A stretch of DNA of 63,980 nucleotides, filler included, from Reclinomonas americana ATCC 50394 (Eukaryota), in NCBI GenBank assembly GCA_048213135.1. It is 6 parts of 3 records of this genome, joined end to end, with 100 filler letters (N's around TTAATTAATTAA, not from the genome) between each part and the next. Parts side by side here need not be neighbours in the genome. Positions count along the whole stretch, not along the records: positions 1 to 8,848 come from PS015097.1; positions 8,949 to 20,090 come from PS015097.1; 4 more parts are not named here. The stretch is one strand, 5' to 3'. Position 1 is the stretch's first letter. Each line of letters starts with the position of its first letter. A program made the translations under genes and the position numbers. The notes under the pieces are model-generated. The model ran no database searches. It saw only the letters and a list, made by a program, of their open reading frames with translations, and was not told where the DNA came from. Positions 1 through 12,895 of this stretch are shown here, one piece after another.

Positions 1-402
1 ACATCTCTTTCAGCATCATCAGCTCAGCAAACAGGTCGACACGCACGAGAATCATCGACACCTCCAGGTTCTTCTGCACAGTGCTGGAATGCCTCGCTTG
101 CAGCACTGGAGAAGAGCGATGACAGTGAACGAGAGGGAGAGTGAGTGTGTCACCAGAGAACCGCGACACAGATAGACAAGGAATGGAAGCAGAGAGAGAG
201 AGAGAGAGAGAGGCGGTGTGTCATATACACACTCACATACACACACGCACACACACGCACAGAGGAGAGCAGTGCGTACGCGTGTTATATACACACGCAC
301 AAGAACACAAAGCCACTCACCACCTGACATGCATCGGTGCTGTTGGAAGACAAGGCAAGTCCGAAGCACCGAGGTTGTGCGGAGGAGGTGAGGTGAGAAC
401 AT
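1..402 (-). CDS. Array gene type B, 5' part only (runs off window start)
   Basis: Near-identical to the 5' exons of the copies at 3660-4102 and 6550-6986 (MFSPHLLRTTSVLRT...). Start codon choice uncertain. Confidence 0.55.
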
Positions 403-681
403 CGCTCTGTCGTGCTGATCGTCTCGCAATGAAACGCAGCAGCGTGCGAACTGTAGACTGATGAGTCCGCAGCGCGGCGAATATTATTAATTTCTTTCGC
501 TGAATGTATTCTTCGTGATGCGCATGCTTGCAATGGCCAACGTTGCACAGTGCCTTTTACATCGGTTGTTTACTGGCACGTATGTGCCGTCGTCTTCTCA
601 TGCAAACTTGCTAGCAAACTGCATATCTGGCCGTGGAGCTCATGGCTCTTCGAATTCTCACTTGGTCTCATTCTCCTTCCG

Positions 682-2492
682 CTAACCGACTGCGACCTCT
701 TCCAGCGACGACGACTGCGGGGCAACAAGAGGCACCTTCGTCACCTCGAAGTTGAGACGCCGAAACTCGGCCATCGCAGTGAGCAGTTCTTGCTTCACGG
801 GATCCAAGTCATCGGGAATCAACAGCTTGTCCGCGTGCGGGTTCTCCTCAAAGCGGCACAGCTCCTCAGCCGTGTCCACGATGATTCGAGCCACCTCCGC
901 GTGGCTCTTGCCGGCGAGGAGCTGTGCACGTGGCTTCTCGACGATGGCCTCGAACAAGTAACGGCCAAAGCTGGTCCCGTGCTGTAAGTGGAAGGTATAC
1001 CGACTTACGCGGTCCTTGGTTGTGTAGGTGATGCGCTTGGGTATCCTGNNNNNNNNNNNNNNNNNNNNNNNNNNNNNNNNNNNNNNNNNNNNNNNNNNNN
1101 NNNNNNNNNNNNNNNNNNNNNNNNNNNNNNNNNNNNNNNNNNNNNNNNNNNNNNNNNNNNNNNNNNNNNNNNNNNNNNNNNNNNNNNNNNNNNNNNNNNN
1201 NNNNNNNNNNNNNNNNNNNNNNNNNNNNNNNNNNNNNNNNNNNNNNNNNNNNNNNNNNNNNNNNNNNNNNNNNNNNNNNNNNNNNNNNNNNNNNNNNNNN
1301 NNNNNNNNNNNNNNNNNNNNNNNNNNNNNNNNNNNNNNNNNNNNNNNNNNNNNNNNNNNNNNNNNNNNNNNNNNNNNNNNNNNNNNNNNNNNNNNNNNNN
1401 NNNNNNNNNNNNNNNNNNNNNNNNNNNNNNNNNNNNNNNNNNNNNNNNNNNNNNNNNNNNNNNNNNNNNNNNNNNNNNNNNNNNNNNNNNNNNNNNNNNN
1501 NNNNNNNNNNNNNNNNNNNNNNNNNNNNNNNNNNNNNNNNNNNNNNNNNNNNNNNNNNNNNNNNNNNNNNNNNNNNNNNNNNNNNNNNNNNNNNNNNNNN
1601 NNNNNNNNNNNNNNNNNNNNNNNNNNNNNNNNNNNNNNNNNNNNNNNNNNNNNNNNNNNNNNNNNNNNNNNNNNNNNNNNNNNNNNNNNNNNNNNNNNNN
1701 NNNNNNNNNNNNNNNNNNNNNNNNNNNNNNNNNNNNNNNNNNNNNNNNNNNNNNNNNNNNNNNNNNNNNNNNNNNNNNNNNNNNNNNNNNNNNNNNNNNN
1801 NNNNNNNNNNNNNNNNNNNNNNNNNNNNNNNNNNNNNNNNNNNNNNNNNNNNNNNNNNNNNNNNNNNNNNNNNNNNNNNNNNNNNNNNNNNNNNNNNNNN
1901 NNNNNNNNNNNNNNNNNNNNNNNNNNNNNNNNNNNNNNNNNNNNNNNNNNNNNNNNNNNNNNNNNNNNNCTCTCCTCGCTCCCTTTGCAACGCGACATGA
2001 GGCAGCGAGAGGCTGTGCATACAGGGGTCGATGACTCACTGATCATGTGACGGCACGTCAGCCTCCCCAGCATCGACTGCACTGCCGTTGTCAGCTGTGT
2101 CCGCAGTGAGTGTTCGCTCAACAGAGAGAGAGAGAGGGAGAGAGCAGTGAGGTGGAACGGAATGCTAACCTCTCGAACCCGGGCTTCCTTCTGCTGCACT
2201 ACCACCTCGGTCTCCTTCAGTCGCGCGTTGACATACGCGTTCTTCTCTTCGAGAAGCGCTTCCGTCTTTAGCAGCAGTGCGTCGAGCGACTCGACTTGTT
2301 GCTTCAACTGTCGTCAACGCGAGGGAGTCAGGCATCTTCGGCAACAAAACCAACAATAACAAAGACACAACAACAACGACACCAACGTGTGTACAACAAC
2401 ATATTGACACACACACATAGAATGCACACTGGAGTACGCACGGCAGCCAGTTCCTTCTTCGGATCCAGAGTCGTCGGCGACACGGTGGCCAT
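682..2492 (-). CDS. Array gene type A: coiled-coil plus divergent BTB/POZ-like domain (spans N gap)
   Basis: Exons MATVSPTTLDPKKELAAVRTP / LKQQVESLDALLLKTEALLEEKNAYVNARLKE / ...RIIVDTAEELCRFEENPHADKLLIPDDLDPVKQELLTAMAEFRRL, with GT-AG introns. The last block resembles the KCTD-type BTB pattern DRDxxLFRY...LxxPxD...ELLxxEAEFY. Confidence 0.65.
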
Positions 2493-2966
2493 GGGAGTCT
2501 GCACACATGCAGTCGTTTTCAACTCTGTGGAGTTGCACACACACACACAGAGAGTGAGAGAGAGAGAGAGAGATAAAGCAAAGTGGGCGGTGAGTGCAGG
2601 AAGTGAGTACAAGACGAGAGTGATGAGAGTGCGCGCAGCAAGAGAGAACCAAAAGCAGATCTGACAAATGATAACGTAAACGCTGCCACACCACAACATC
2701 TCACCATTCGACATGCATCTGCACTGTCGAGAGACATGATAGGAGGACCGAAACAGAGAACCTGCACGGAAGAGACGAAGCGAGAACATCTGCGTTGATC
2801 GTCACAAACTTACTGTAGACAGACACACACGCACGACACTTGAAATTTTGCATTGCGCAGTCTCCTCACTCATCCTCCTCCCTTGTCCTCCTCCTCCTCG
2901 TCATTCCTCTTGAATATCCGGCGGCAAGGGGCGAGAGCTGCTTCACAAAGCAACTCATTCTGTCCA

Positions 2967-4102
2967 TCACTCATCATAATCTTCATCGGGCTCGGATGCA
3001 AGAGGCATCTGCGCCACATCAAAGACGAGCTCACGCTCGTCGGCCAGCGCGAAAAGCAACTCCTGCTGCACGGGATCCATCTCGTCAGGAACCAGCAGTG
3101 TTCTGGAGTTTGGATACTCTTTGTAGCGACCCAGATCCTCGTACGTGTCCACGACAAGGCGAGCCACTTCCACGTGGCTCTTGCCGGCGAGCAGCGGCAT
3201 CTTGACGATGGTCTGGAACAATCGACGGCCGCCGCTAGACTCGTCTTGCAAGTGGAGAGTCCAGCGACCAACACGGTCTTCGACTGCGTGGGTGATCTGC
3301 GTGGACATGCGGTCCTTCTCCTCGCTCTCTGCGCACCAGAGGAGTGTGAGAAGCACAGTCACGGTAGCTGTCAACGAAAAAGGGACAACGACTCACCAAT
3401 CAGACGACGGCATGACAGCTGGCCACGGATCGACAGCGTTGTTGTCGTAAGCTGCGGCAGCAGTAGTCAGTATGTGATGAAGAGAGAGAAAGAGAGCGAA
3501 GAGAGAAGAGAAGGCACTCACGTCCTTGATGCGTTTGTCTTTCATCTCGATCTGCGCGTTCAAGCTCTGCATCATCCTCTTGAGATAGACATCCCTCGTT
3601 TCGAGAAAGGCCACGTTGGTCTGAAGCACTGATTGGAGAGCCTCGACTTGTACTCTCAACTGTTGTTTGTTGACATCAGTTGCATCTCTTTCAGCATTAT
3701 CAGCTCAGTAAACAGGGAGACACGCACGAGGATCACCGACGCCTCCGGGCTCATCTGCGCAGTGCTGGTATGGCTTGCTTGCAGCACTGGAGAAGAGCGA
3801 TGACAGTGAGCAAGAGAGTGTGAGTGACTGTGCTCACAGAGAACTGTGAGGCACAGACAGACAAGGACGGGAAGCAGAGAGAAAGAGAAGCAGTGCATGT
3901 CACATACACACACACACACACACACAGGAGAGAAAGTGGTAGAGAGAAAGAGAAGCATGAGTGTGTCATCTTCACATGCACAGAGAGAGAGAGAGAGAAA
4001 GAGCTCAAGAACACACTCACAGTCTGACATGCAATGGTGCTGTTGGAAGACATGGCATGTCCGAAGCACCGAGGTTGTGCGGAGGAGGTGAGGTGAGAAC
4101 AT
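2967..4102 (-). CDS. Array gene type B: coiled-coil plus divergent BTB/POZ-like domain
   Basis: Coiled-coil exon LRVQVEALQSVLQTNVAFLETRDVYLKRMMQ and final exon ...RLVVDTYEDLGRYKEYPNSRTLLVPDEMDPVQQELLFALADERE; homologous to type A. Confidence 0.65.
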
Positions 4103-4323
4103 CGCAATGGCGCTCAGTGTAATGACAATGAATGACAAAAATCGTTTGGAGCAGCTCATGCACACTGTGTAGACTCGTGTTCGACACATCGTTGTGCATG
4201 TGTGCGTGCGAATGTGCAGTGGATATCGTTGTGCAGTGCTTCTACAGGGGTGTTTACTGACACCTGCGCGCCGTCGTCGCCCTTTCTCATGTAAACTGCG
4301 TGTCGGGTCTCATTCTCGTTCCG

Positions 4324-4678
4324 CTAACCGACTGCGACCTCCTCTAGCGGCGACGACTGCGGGGCAACAAGAGGCACTTTCGTCACCTCGAAGTTGAGAC
4401 GCCGAAACTCGGCCATCGCAGTGAGCAGTTCTTGCTTCACGGGATCCAAGTCATTGGGAATCAACAGCTTGTCCGCGTGCGGGTTCTCCTCATAGCGGCA
4501 CAGCTCCTCATCCGTGTCCACGATGATTCGAGCCACCTCCGCGTGGCTCTTGCCGGCGAGGAGCAGTGCACGTGGTTTCTCGACAATGGCCTCGAACAAC
4601 GAAAGGCCAAGCCGCAAGTGGACAGCCCAGCGACCTACGCGATCTTTGGTTGTGTAGGCGATGCGCTTGGGTATCCAA
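4324..4678 (-). CDS. Array gene type A, 3' exon (rest lies in N gap)
   Basis: WIPKRIAYTTKDRVGRWAVHL...DTDEELCRYEENPHADKLLIPNDLDPVKQELL; paralogous to 682-1048. Confidence 0.65.
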
Positions 4679-5856
4679 NNNNNNNNNNNNNNNNNNNNNN
4701 NNNNNNNNNNNNNNNNNNNNNNNNNNNNNNNNNNNNNNNNNNNNNNNNNNNNNNNNNNNNNNNNNNNNNNNNNNNNNNNNNNNNNNNNNNNNNNNNNNNN
4801 NNNNNNNNNNNNNNNNNNNNNNNNNNNNNNNNNNNNNNNNNNNNNNNNNNNNNNNNNNNNNNNNNNNNNNNNNNNNNNNNNNNNNNNNNNNNNNNNNNNN
4901 NNNNNNNNNNNNNNNNNNNNNNNNNNNNNNNNNNNNNNNNNNNNNNNNNNNNNNNNNNNNNNNNNNNNNNNNNNNNNNNNNNNNNNNNNNNNNNNNNNNN
5001 NNNNNNNNNNNNNNNNNNNNNNNNNNNNNNNNNNNNNNNNNNNNNNNNNNNNNNNNNNNNNNNNNNNNNNNNNNNNNNNNNNNNNNNNNNNNNNNNNNNN
5101 NNNNNNNNNNNNNNNNNNNNNNNNNNNNNNNNNNNNNNNNNNNNNNNNNNNNNNNNNNNNNNNNNNNNNNNNNNNNNNNNNNNNNNNNNNNNNNNNNNNN
5201 NNNNNNNNNNNNNNNNNNNNNNNNNNNNNNNNNNNNNNNNNNNNNNNNNNNNNNNNNNNNNNNNNNNNNNNNNNNNNNNNNNNNNNNNNNNNNNNNNNNN
5301 NNNNNNNNNNNNNNNNNNNNNNNNNNNNNNNNNNNNNNNNNNNNNNNNNNNNNNNNNNNNNNNNNNNNNNNNNNNNNNNNNNNNNNNNNNNNNNNNNNNN
5401 NNNNNNNNNNNNNNNNNNNNNNNNNNNNNNNNNNNNNNNNNNNNNNNNNNNNNNNNNNNNNNNNNNNNNNNNNNNNNNNNNNNNNNNNNNNNNNNNNNNN
5501 NNNNNNNNNNNNNNNNNNNNNNNNNNNNNNNNNNNNNNNNNNNNNNNTTGACAAGCAAGAAGGTAAACACTGCCACACCACAACATCTCACCATTCGACA
5601 TGCATCTGCACTGTCGAGAGACATGATAGGAGGACCGAAACAGAGAACTCGCACGGAAGAGACGAAGCGAGAGCATCTGCGTGCTGATCGTCACACAAAC
5701 TTACTGTAGACACTTGAAATTTTGCATTGCGCAGTCTCCTCACTCACTCATCCTCCCCTCCTCCTTCTCCTCCTCCTCCTCCTCCTCCTCGTCACTCCTC
5801 TTGAATATCCGGCGGCGGGGGACATGAGCTGCTTCACAAACAACTCATACTGTCAA

Positions 5857-6986
5857 TCAGTCATCATAATCTTCATCGGGCTCGGATGCAAGAGGCATCT
5901 CGACGGCATCGTAGTTGACATCACGCTCGTCGGCCAGCGCAATGAGCAGCTCCTGCTGCGCGGGATCCATCTCGTCAGGAATCCTCAGTGTTCTGGAGCG
6001 TGGATACTCTTTGTAGCGACCCAGGTCCTCGTACGTGTCCACGACAAGGCGAGCCACTTCCATGTGGCTCTTGCCGGCGAGCAGCGGCATCTTGACGACG
6101 GCCTGGAACAATCGACGGCCGCCGCTAGACTCGTCTTGCAAGTGGAGAGTCCAGCGATCACCACGGTCCTCGACTGCGCGGGTGATCTGCGTGGACATGC
6201 GGTTCTTCTCCTCGCTCTCTGCGTACCTGAGGAGTGTGAGAAGCACGGTCACGGTGGCTGTTAACGAAAGGGGACAACGACTACCAATCAGATGGCGGCA
6301 TGACAGCTGGCCACGGATCGACAGCGTTGTTGTCGTAAGCTGCGGCAGCAGTAGTCAGTATGTGATGAAGAGAGAGAAAGAGAGCGAAGAGAGAAGAGAA
6401 TGCTCACGTCCTTGATGGATTCGTCTTGCATCTCGATCTGCGAGTTTAAAAGCTGCATCATCTCCTTGAGATAGGTGTCCCTCGATTCGAGGAACGCTTT
6501 CCTACTCTGGAGCAGTGATTGGAGAACCTCGACTCGTTCTCTCAACTGTTCGTTGACATCAGTTACATCTCTTTCAGCATCATCAGCTCAGCAACAGAAC
6601 ACACGCACGAGCATCACCGCCGACACCTCCAGGTTCATCTGCGCAGTGCTGGAATGATGTCTTGCTTGCGTGCGCAGCACTGGAGAAAGAATGATGACAG
6701 TGAGCAAGAGAGTGAGAGTGAGTGTGTCAACAGAGAACAGCGACACACAGACAGACAAGGACGGGAAACAGAGAGAAAGAGAAGCAGTGCGTGTCACATA
6801 TACACACACACAGGAGAGAAAGTGGGAGAGAAAGAGAAGCATGTGTGTCATCTTCACATATGCATGAACAGAGAGAGAGAGAGAAAGAGCTCGAGAACAC
6901 TCACCATCTGACATGCAATGGTGCTGTTGGAAGACAAAGTAAGTCCGAAGCACCGAGGTTGTGCGGAGGAAGTGAGGTGAGAACAT
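5857..6986 (-). CDS. Array gene type B
   Basis: Same exon structure as 2967-4102; final exon ends EPDEDYDD*. Confidence 0.65.
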
Positions 6987-7215
6987 CGCAATGGCGCTCA
7001 GTGTAATGACAATGAATGACAAAAAATGGTTTTTCTGGAGCACTGTGTAGACTCGTGCTCGACACGTCGGTGTGCATGTGTGCGTGCGAATGTGCAGTGC
7101 AGTGCTTCTACATGGGCTGTTTACTGACACCTGCGCGCCGTCGTCGACGTCGCTGCCCCCTTTCTCATGTAAACTGCGTGTCGGAGCTCCATCACTGGGT
7201 CTCATTCACCATCCG

Positions 7216-8113
7216 CTAACCGACTGCGACCTCCTCCAGCGGCGACGACTGCATGGCAACAAGAGGCACCTTCGCCACCTCGAAGATGACATGCAAGTGC
7301 TCGGCCATCGCAGTGAGCAGTTCTTGCTTCACGGGATCCAAGTCATCGGGAATCAACAGCTTGTCCGCGTGCCGGTTCTCCTCATAGCGACACAGCTCCT
7401 CATCCGTGTCCACGATGATTCGAGCCACCTCCTCTTCGTTCTTGCCGGCGAGCGGTGGCTTCTTGACGATGGCCTCGAACAAGTGACAGCCACTGCTGGA
7501 CGCATGTTGTAGGTAGAGAGCCCAGCGACCCGCGAGGTCCGTAGTTGTGTAGCTCTGGGCAATACGATTAGGCATCCTGCTCTCCACGGTCACTGTTTGT
7601 GCAACGCGATATGAGGCAGCGAGAGCTGGTGCATATCGATATCATGCAAAGGTCGACGACTCACCAATCACGTGACGGCATGTCTGCGCCCCGAGAAGCG
7701 ACTGCATTGCCGTTGTCAGCTGCGGTAACAGTGAGTGTTCGCCAAACAGAGAGAGAGAGAGAAAGAGAGAGAGAGAGCGCGGTGAATGCTGACCTCTTCA
7801 ATTCGGGTTCCCTTCTGCTGGGCTACCGCCTCGGTCTCCTTCAGTCGCGCGTTGACATACGCGTTCTTCTCTTCGAGAAGCGCTTCCGTCTTTAGCAGCA
7901 GTGCGTCGAGCGACTCGATTTGTTGCTCCAACTGTCAATGCGAGGGAGTCAGGCATCTTCGGCAACAAAACCAACAACAACAAAGACACAACAACAACGA
8001 CACCAACGTGTGTACGACAACATATTGACATACACACATAGAATGCACACTGGAGTACGCACGGCAGCCAGTTCCTTCTTCGGATCCAGAGTCGTCGGCG
8101 ACACGGTGGCCAT
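7216..8113 (-). CDS. Array gene type A (complete copy)
   Basis: ATG at 8113, same exons as 682-2492, ends SSPLEEVAVG*. Confidence 0.7.
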
Positions 8114-8534
8114 GGGAGTCTGCACACATGCAGTCGTTTTCAACTCTGTGGAGTTGCACACACACACAGAGAGTGAGAGAGAGAGAGATAAAGCAAAGTG
8201 GGCGGTGAGTGCAGGGGAGCTCGAGTGTGTGAGAGAGAAAAGCAAACACTGATATCGATGATCATGACACAACACAACATCTCACCATTCGACATGCATC
8301 TGCACTGTTGAGAGACATGCATATGGCGAATGCTCACACGGAAGAGACGAAGCGAGAGCATCTGCGTGCTGATCGTCACACAAACTTACTGTAGACACTT
8401 GAAATTTTGCATTGTGCAGTCTCCTCACTCACTCATCCTCTCCTCCTCCTCCCTTATCCTCCTCCTCGGCATTCCTCTTGAATATCCGGCGGCGGGGGAC
8501 ACGAGTTGCTTCACAAAGCAACTCATTCTGTCCA

Positions 8535-8848
8535 TCAGTCATCATAATCTTCATCGGGCTCGCGATCGGATGCAAGGGGCAGATGCACCACATCAAAGAC
8601 GATCTCACGCTCGTCGGCCAGCGCGAAAAGCAGTTCCTGCTGCATGGGATCCATCTCGTCAGGAATCCTCAGTGTTCTGGAGCGTGGATACTCTTTGTAG
8701 CGACCCAGCTCCTCGTACGTGTCCACGACAAGGCGAGCCACTTCCACGTGGCTCTTGCCGGCGAGCAGCGGCATCTTGACGATGGTCTGGAACAACCGGA
8801 GGCCGCCGCTAGACTCGTCTTGCAAGTGGAGAGTCCAGCGACCAACAC
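8535..8848 (-). CDS. Array gene type B, 3' exon (truncated by scaffold end)
   Basis: LQDESSGGLRLFQTIVKMPLLAGKSHVEVARLVVDTYEELGRY...EPDEDYDD*. Confidence 0.65.
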
Positions 8849-8892
8849 NNNNNNNNNNNNNNNNNNNNNNNNNNNNNNNNNNNNNNNNNNNN

Positions 8893-8904
8893 TTAATTAA
8901 TTAA
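8893..8904. other. Artificial scaffold linker TTAATTAATTAA (also at 20135-20146, 49811-49822, 59553-59564, 62900-62911)
   Basis: Identical 12-mer with stops in all six frames, each flanked by short N runs of similar length. Confidence 0.97.
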
Positions 8905-9081
8905 NNNNNNNNNNNNNNNNNNNNNNNNNNNNNNNNNNNNNNNNNNNNCCTTTTACCCTTTTACCCTTCCTTCGTTGTCGTTCCTTCCTACCTACGTCGA
9001 CCACCTACCTCCCTTTCCCTTCCGTCCGTCCTACGTACGTACTACTACTCGTCTCCTTCCTACCCCACCCACCTACTACTA

Positions 9082-9122
<41 letters not shown>

Positions 9123-9149
9123 CCCCCTCTCCCTCCCACACATACACAC

Positions 9150-9294
9150 CCTTGTGCTGCTCCACCAGCGCCGTCAGGTTGAACACCACCCCAAAAGCCG
9201 ACACCCAGCAATCATACTCAGCATTGTGCTCGCCCACCTCCGCCTTCAGCCAGTAACGCGCAGGAGCGTCCTCGCGTGGAAACACGACCGTCAT
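9150..9294 (-). CDS. CYB5D1: Cytochrome b5 domain-containing protein 1-like, first exon
   Basis: RYWLKAEVGEHNAEYDCWVSAFGVVFNLTALVEQHKG matches the recalled CYB5D1 N-terminal pattern (RYFTPxEVAxHNxxxDLWVSxLGxVYDLTxL..xYKG); ends at a G|GTGTGT donor. Confidence 0.75.
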
Positions 9295-9364
9295 TTTCTT
9301 TCAATCAACGGCAGCAAATCCATCAATGACTCATCATCATTGTGGTGTTAATCAGTCAATCAGC

Positions 9365-12300
9365 ATGGAGGACGAGGAAGCCGCGCGCTCTCCTTCTCCT
9401 CCTTCCTCTCCTCTTCCTCCTTCTTCTCCTCCCGCTGCAGCAGCTGTGCATCACGGGGTGGAAGCAGGAGGCACTGTGGAGAGCACAGCAGTGGAGCGCG
9501 ATGAGTTCATGCGGAGCAATGTGGCACCGGCCGATGTCGATGGCAAGTCGCCGCCTTCTGCCTCCTCGCCCACTGTAGTCAGTGGCGCACAAGAGGTCGA
9601 GGATATCGTGCATGGTGAGCGTGCATTTGTATTTGTTCGATATCTCTCTCTCTTTGCGTGTGTGTCACGCTCCTCTCTCTCTCTCTGCAGTGATTCCCGA
9701 GTCTGCGGCGGCGCCTGCGGTGAATGGCAAGAAAACAAACAGTGTCTCGAATGGTGCTAGTGGAGGCAAGCGAGGGCGAATGACACCGCAGCAGACCTTG
9801 GAGGCCAATGGAGGCAGCAGCAGTTTGTCTCGGAAGCAATCGGCAGTGTCGGGCAAGCTCAAGTCGAGTGCGCGGTCGCGTGTCAGTGGTGCGTTGTGGG
9901 CGTTGTCGTCGTCTCCATCACTGCGCTTCTGACCAGGGTGTTTGTGTCTATGCAGAGGCACCGTCGTCGTCGTTGCGGCGATCGTCGACGCGGAAACTGA
10001 GCAGTCGGTCGCCGTCGCCACAACCGAGCCCGTATCATGCTCCGCTCTTGTCGGCGGACGTGGCCTCGGATGCACCCAGTTGCGCGCCTCTGCTCACTGG
10101 GGGGAGGGAAAGAGTCGCTCCTCTGCGGATCATGTTGGTGACGATTGTTTTTGTTTCTTTGCAGGCACACGCAGCAGCTTCCGCTCTCGTCCGTCGCATC
10201 AGCAGGATGCGATGCCGCAGGTGGGATCGACTGTCGACTTGCAGAAGCTCACTGTGTTTGAGGGCGACGACCAGCGCTTTGACGCCGAATTCGGTGAGTT
10301 CAGGCTTTCCGCATCTAAACAGCCACACCTCCTCCCTCCTCCTCCTCAACCTTCTCCATTTTCTTGTCTTCCTCCTCCACCATCCTCTTCTTCCTTCCTT
10401 CCTCCTCTTCTTACTCGCTTCCTTCTCCTTGCTCCTCCTCCTCCTTCCTCCTCTTCTTCCTTCCTCCCTCTTCTCCTTTGTCTTCTATCTTCTCCCTTTC
10501 TTCTCCTCTTCCTCCTCCTCCTCCTCTTCCTTTGCCTTCTTCTGCTTCTTCTTCCTCCTTCTTATCTTCTCCTCACCTTCTTGTTCTTCCTCCTCCACCA
10601 TCCTCTTCTTCCTTCCTCCCTCTTCTTCCTTCCTTCCTCCTCTTCCTCTTCCTTCCTCTCCTCCTCCTCCTCCCCCTCTCCGCTTCTCACTTTCCCCCCC
10701 GCGCTTGCAGTTCGCGAATCCGTGCGACGCGGTGTGCAGCTGGCGCACGAAGTCGAGACTCTGCACAACCTCCTGCGGCATCGTGATCAGGAGTACCAAC
10801 GCACGGAGCGCGAGTGGGAGGCCACGTTTGCGTCGCTGCGAGCGGAACTAAACGAGGCGCGTGACTACCACCGCAAGTACAACCGTCTCGTCAAGGAGAT
10901 GAACGAGGCCAAGCTCGACATGGCACAGATGCGCAAGGAGCTCGGCATCTACGCCCGCGACACGGACGATGCGGGATCGGTGCGCTTGCAACTGATGCGC
11001 ACGACGCAGGAGCTCGACAAGAAGGAGCGGCAACTCATGTCGAACAAGGCGGTGCGTGGAAATGACAGGGAAAGGGCCACTGGTGGTGTTTCTTGTCGCT
11101 GGAGACACTGATCACTACTGTGTGTGGTGTTCTGCACAGCGCTCTGCCAAGCAGCTCAGCGACGCCAGAACAGAAGTGGAGGGGGCTCTGCTAAAGGTCG
11201 AATCGCAGCGCCGAGAAATTCAGCAGCTTCGCGAGGCCGTGCATACTCGCGACTTGCAGCTGCAAGACTTGGCTCGGGAGCGTGACGACGCCATTCTCGA
11301 GTGCCAAGCCTTGGTGGTGCGCCAGCGACAGACGCAGCAAGAATACGATGATTTGGTGCGCGTTTTTTTTTTTTTGCGGCTCATTCCTCACGAGTGACTC
11401 ACTGATGGCGGTGCTGCAGGTGGAGACTACCAAGCTCGCACTGCGCCGCATGAGGGAAGAACGCACCGCTCTCCAGCGACGGATTCAAACGCTGGAGGAG
11501 GACAAGCACGATCTGCAGAAGCAAATCCCCTCCACGGTCGGCGTGTACTTGAACCAGCGTGACTTGCGCAAGTTTGCCAGCCGATCAGTTTCGCTCAGCA
11601 CCACCATTATCACCGTTTTCTTCTCTCGGCAACTCATTGTACGTGTGTTCGACAGCCGCCACCACCTGCCGGGAGCTCTGCAGCCAATAGCCGTCGTGGC
11701 CGCTCCAATCGCGCTTCTCCGTCGCCCTCCAAGAGCTCGGACCGACCGCCGTCGCGTGATCCACCGCGAGACGTGTGGTCCGATTCATTGGACGCTCCGC
11801 CTCCGTCCACCGGCAGTCAGCGACCGACCGCCCCCAGCAGCGGCGTGCCATCCCAATTGCCCGACATTCGTCGCCGGCCCTCTCAACAGCAGCAGCAGTC
11901 GCCAACTCGCGGCGGCAAGAAATCAGTCGCCGCTTCGTCTCCGCTGGCACGCTCGCCGTCCACCTCACAACGCGAGGGGATTGCACGCTCCCCGAGCCAG
12001 TCGCGCATGCTGCCATCGCAGTCGTCGCCGAAACGTGCCGCTGCTGCCAACGGTGGTGGCTTGTCGCCGTCGTCCGCCGCTGCCGCATCGTCGCCATCGG
12101 CCGGCTCCCCGTCTGCCGCACAGCGCCGCACTTCGCCACCGCGAACCGGCAACAACGTGCCATCGGCCGAGGTACTGCATGCGGGCAAGCGTCCGAGCGT
12201 CGCCAACGCCACCTTGGTGTCACCAAAGGCCTCGAAACCATCGTCACCTGCGCAACCGATTCGGCCGCCCAGCGGCAAGAAGGCGCCACTTGGGCCCATT

Positions 12301-12816
12301 GGACAAGGATCGCCTGCAGGCGCGACGTCTGCCTCCCCAACGGCGGCCACCGACGCCGCCGCCGCTGCCGCTGCTGCCGCCAGCCCCACAGTCGCCGCCG
12401 CCGCTGCCGATGTCGACAAGGCGCATGACACCGCCTTTTCTGCGCCGACCCCTACTGCCGCCGTCCCTTCTGAGCCGGAACCGTCTCCGGCGGCTCACAT
12501 CTCCTCACCACCCTCCCGTGTTGCGTCACCACCCGCGTCATCTATTGTGTCACCACCAAAGACCCCGAAGGCGTCGGCTGCGCTGTCGCCGCCCAAGACA
12601 CCGACAGCTTCATCATCGTCACATGCTGGACTCGAGGAGGAGAATGCACAGGCACCAGCGGAGAGTGTGGAAGACGCGTCGTCAACGGCACCTCCACCCC
12701 TATCATCACCTCCACCACCACCAGCGGCAGCAGCAGCAGCTGAGGAGGGGGAAGTCGCGGTGGGCGAGGAAGTGGGTGAATTGGAGGAGGAGAAGGTGGT
12801 GGACGGTGGCGACTGA
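9365..12816 (+). CDS. Unknown multi-exon protein: central coiled coil, long Ser/Pro/Ala-rich tail, acidic end
   Basis: Spliceable GT-AG exons; coiled-coil segment VRESVRRGVQLAHEVETLHNLLRHRDQEYQRTEREWE; final exon ends EEEKVVDGGD*. Confidence 0.7.
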
Positions 12817-12895
12817 GTGTTGCGGAGTGTTTGAAAAAATGTATCTTGTATTACGACGTGATATTCTATGTGAGTGTGTGCGTGTACCACCACTA

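Larger units (their letters stand above)
1..8848 (-). repeat. Tandem segmental array (~2.7-2.9 kb unit) carrying alternating paralogue types A and B
   Basis: Type A stop regions (ccgctaaccgactgcgacct) recur at ~680, ~4322, ~7214; type B stop regions (tcatcataatcttcatcggg) at ~2971, ~5861, ~8539. Introns and intergenic DNA are also homologous between units. Confidence 0.9.

Noticed and set aside
8949-9080. CCTTTTACCCTTTTACCC as telomeric repeat, and TACG-rich tracts here and at 35760-35845, 36139-36210, 49690-49766
   Set aside because: Only two copies, and all these tracts sit at contig ends; they look like low-quality pyrosequencing (TACG flow) read ends.
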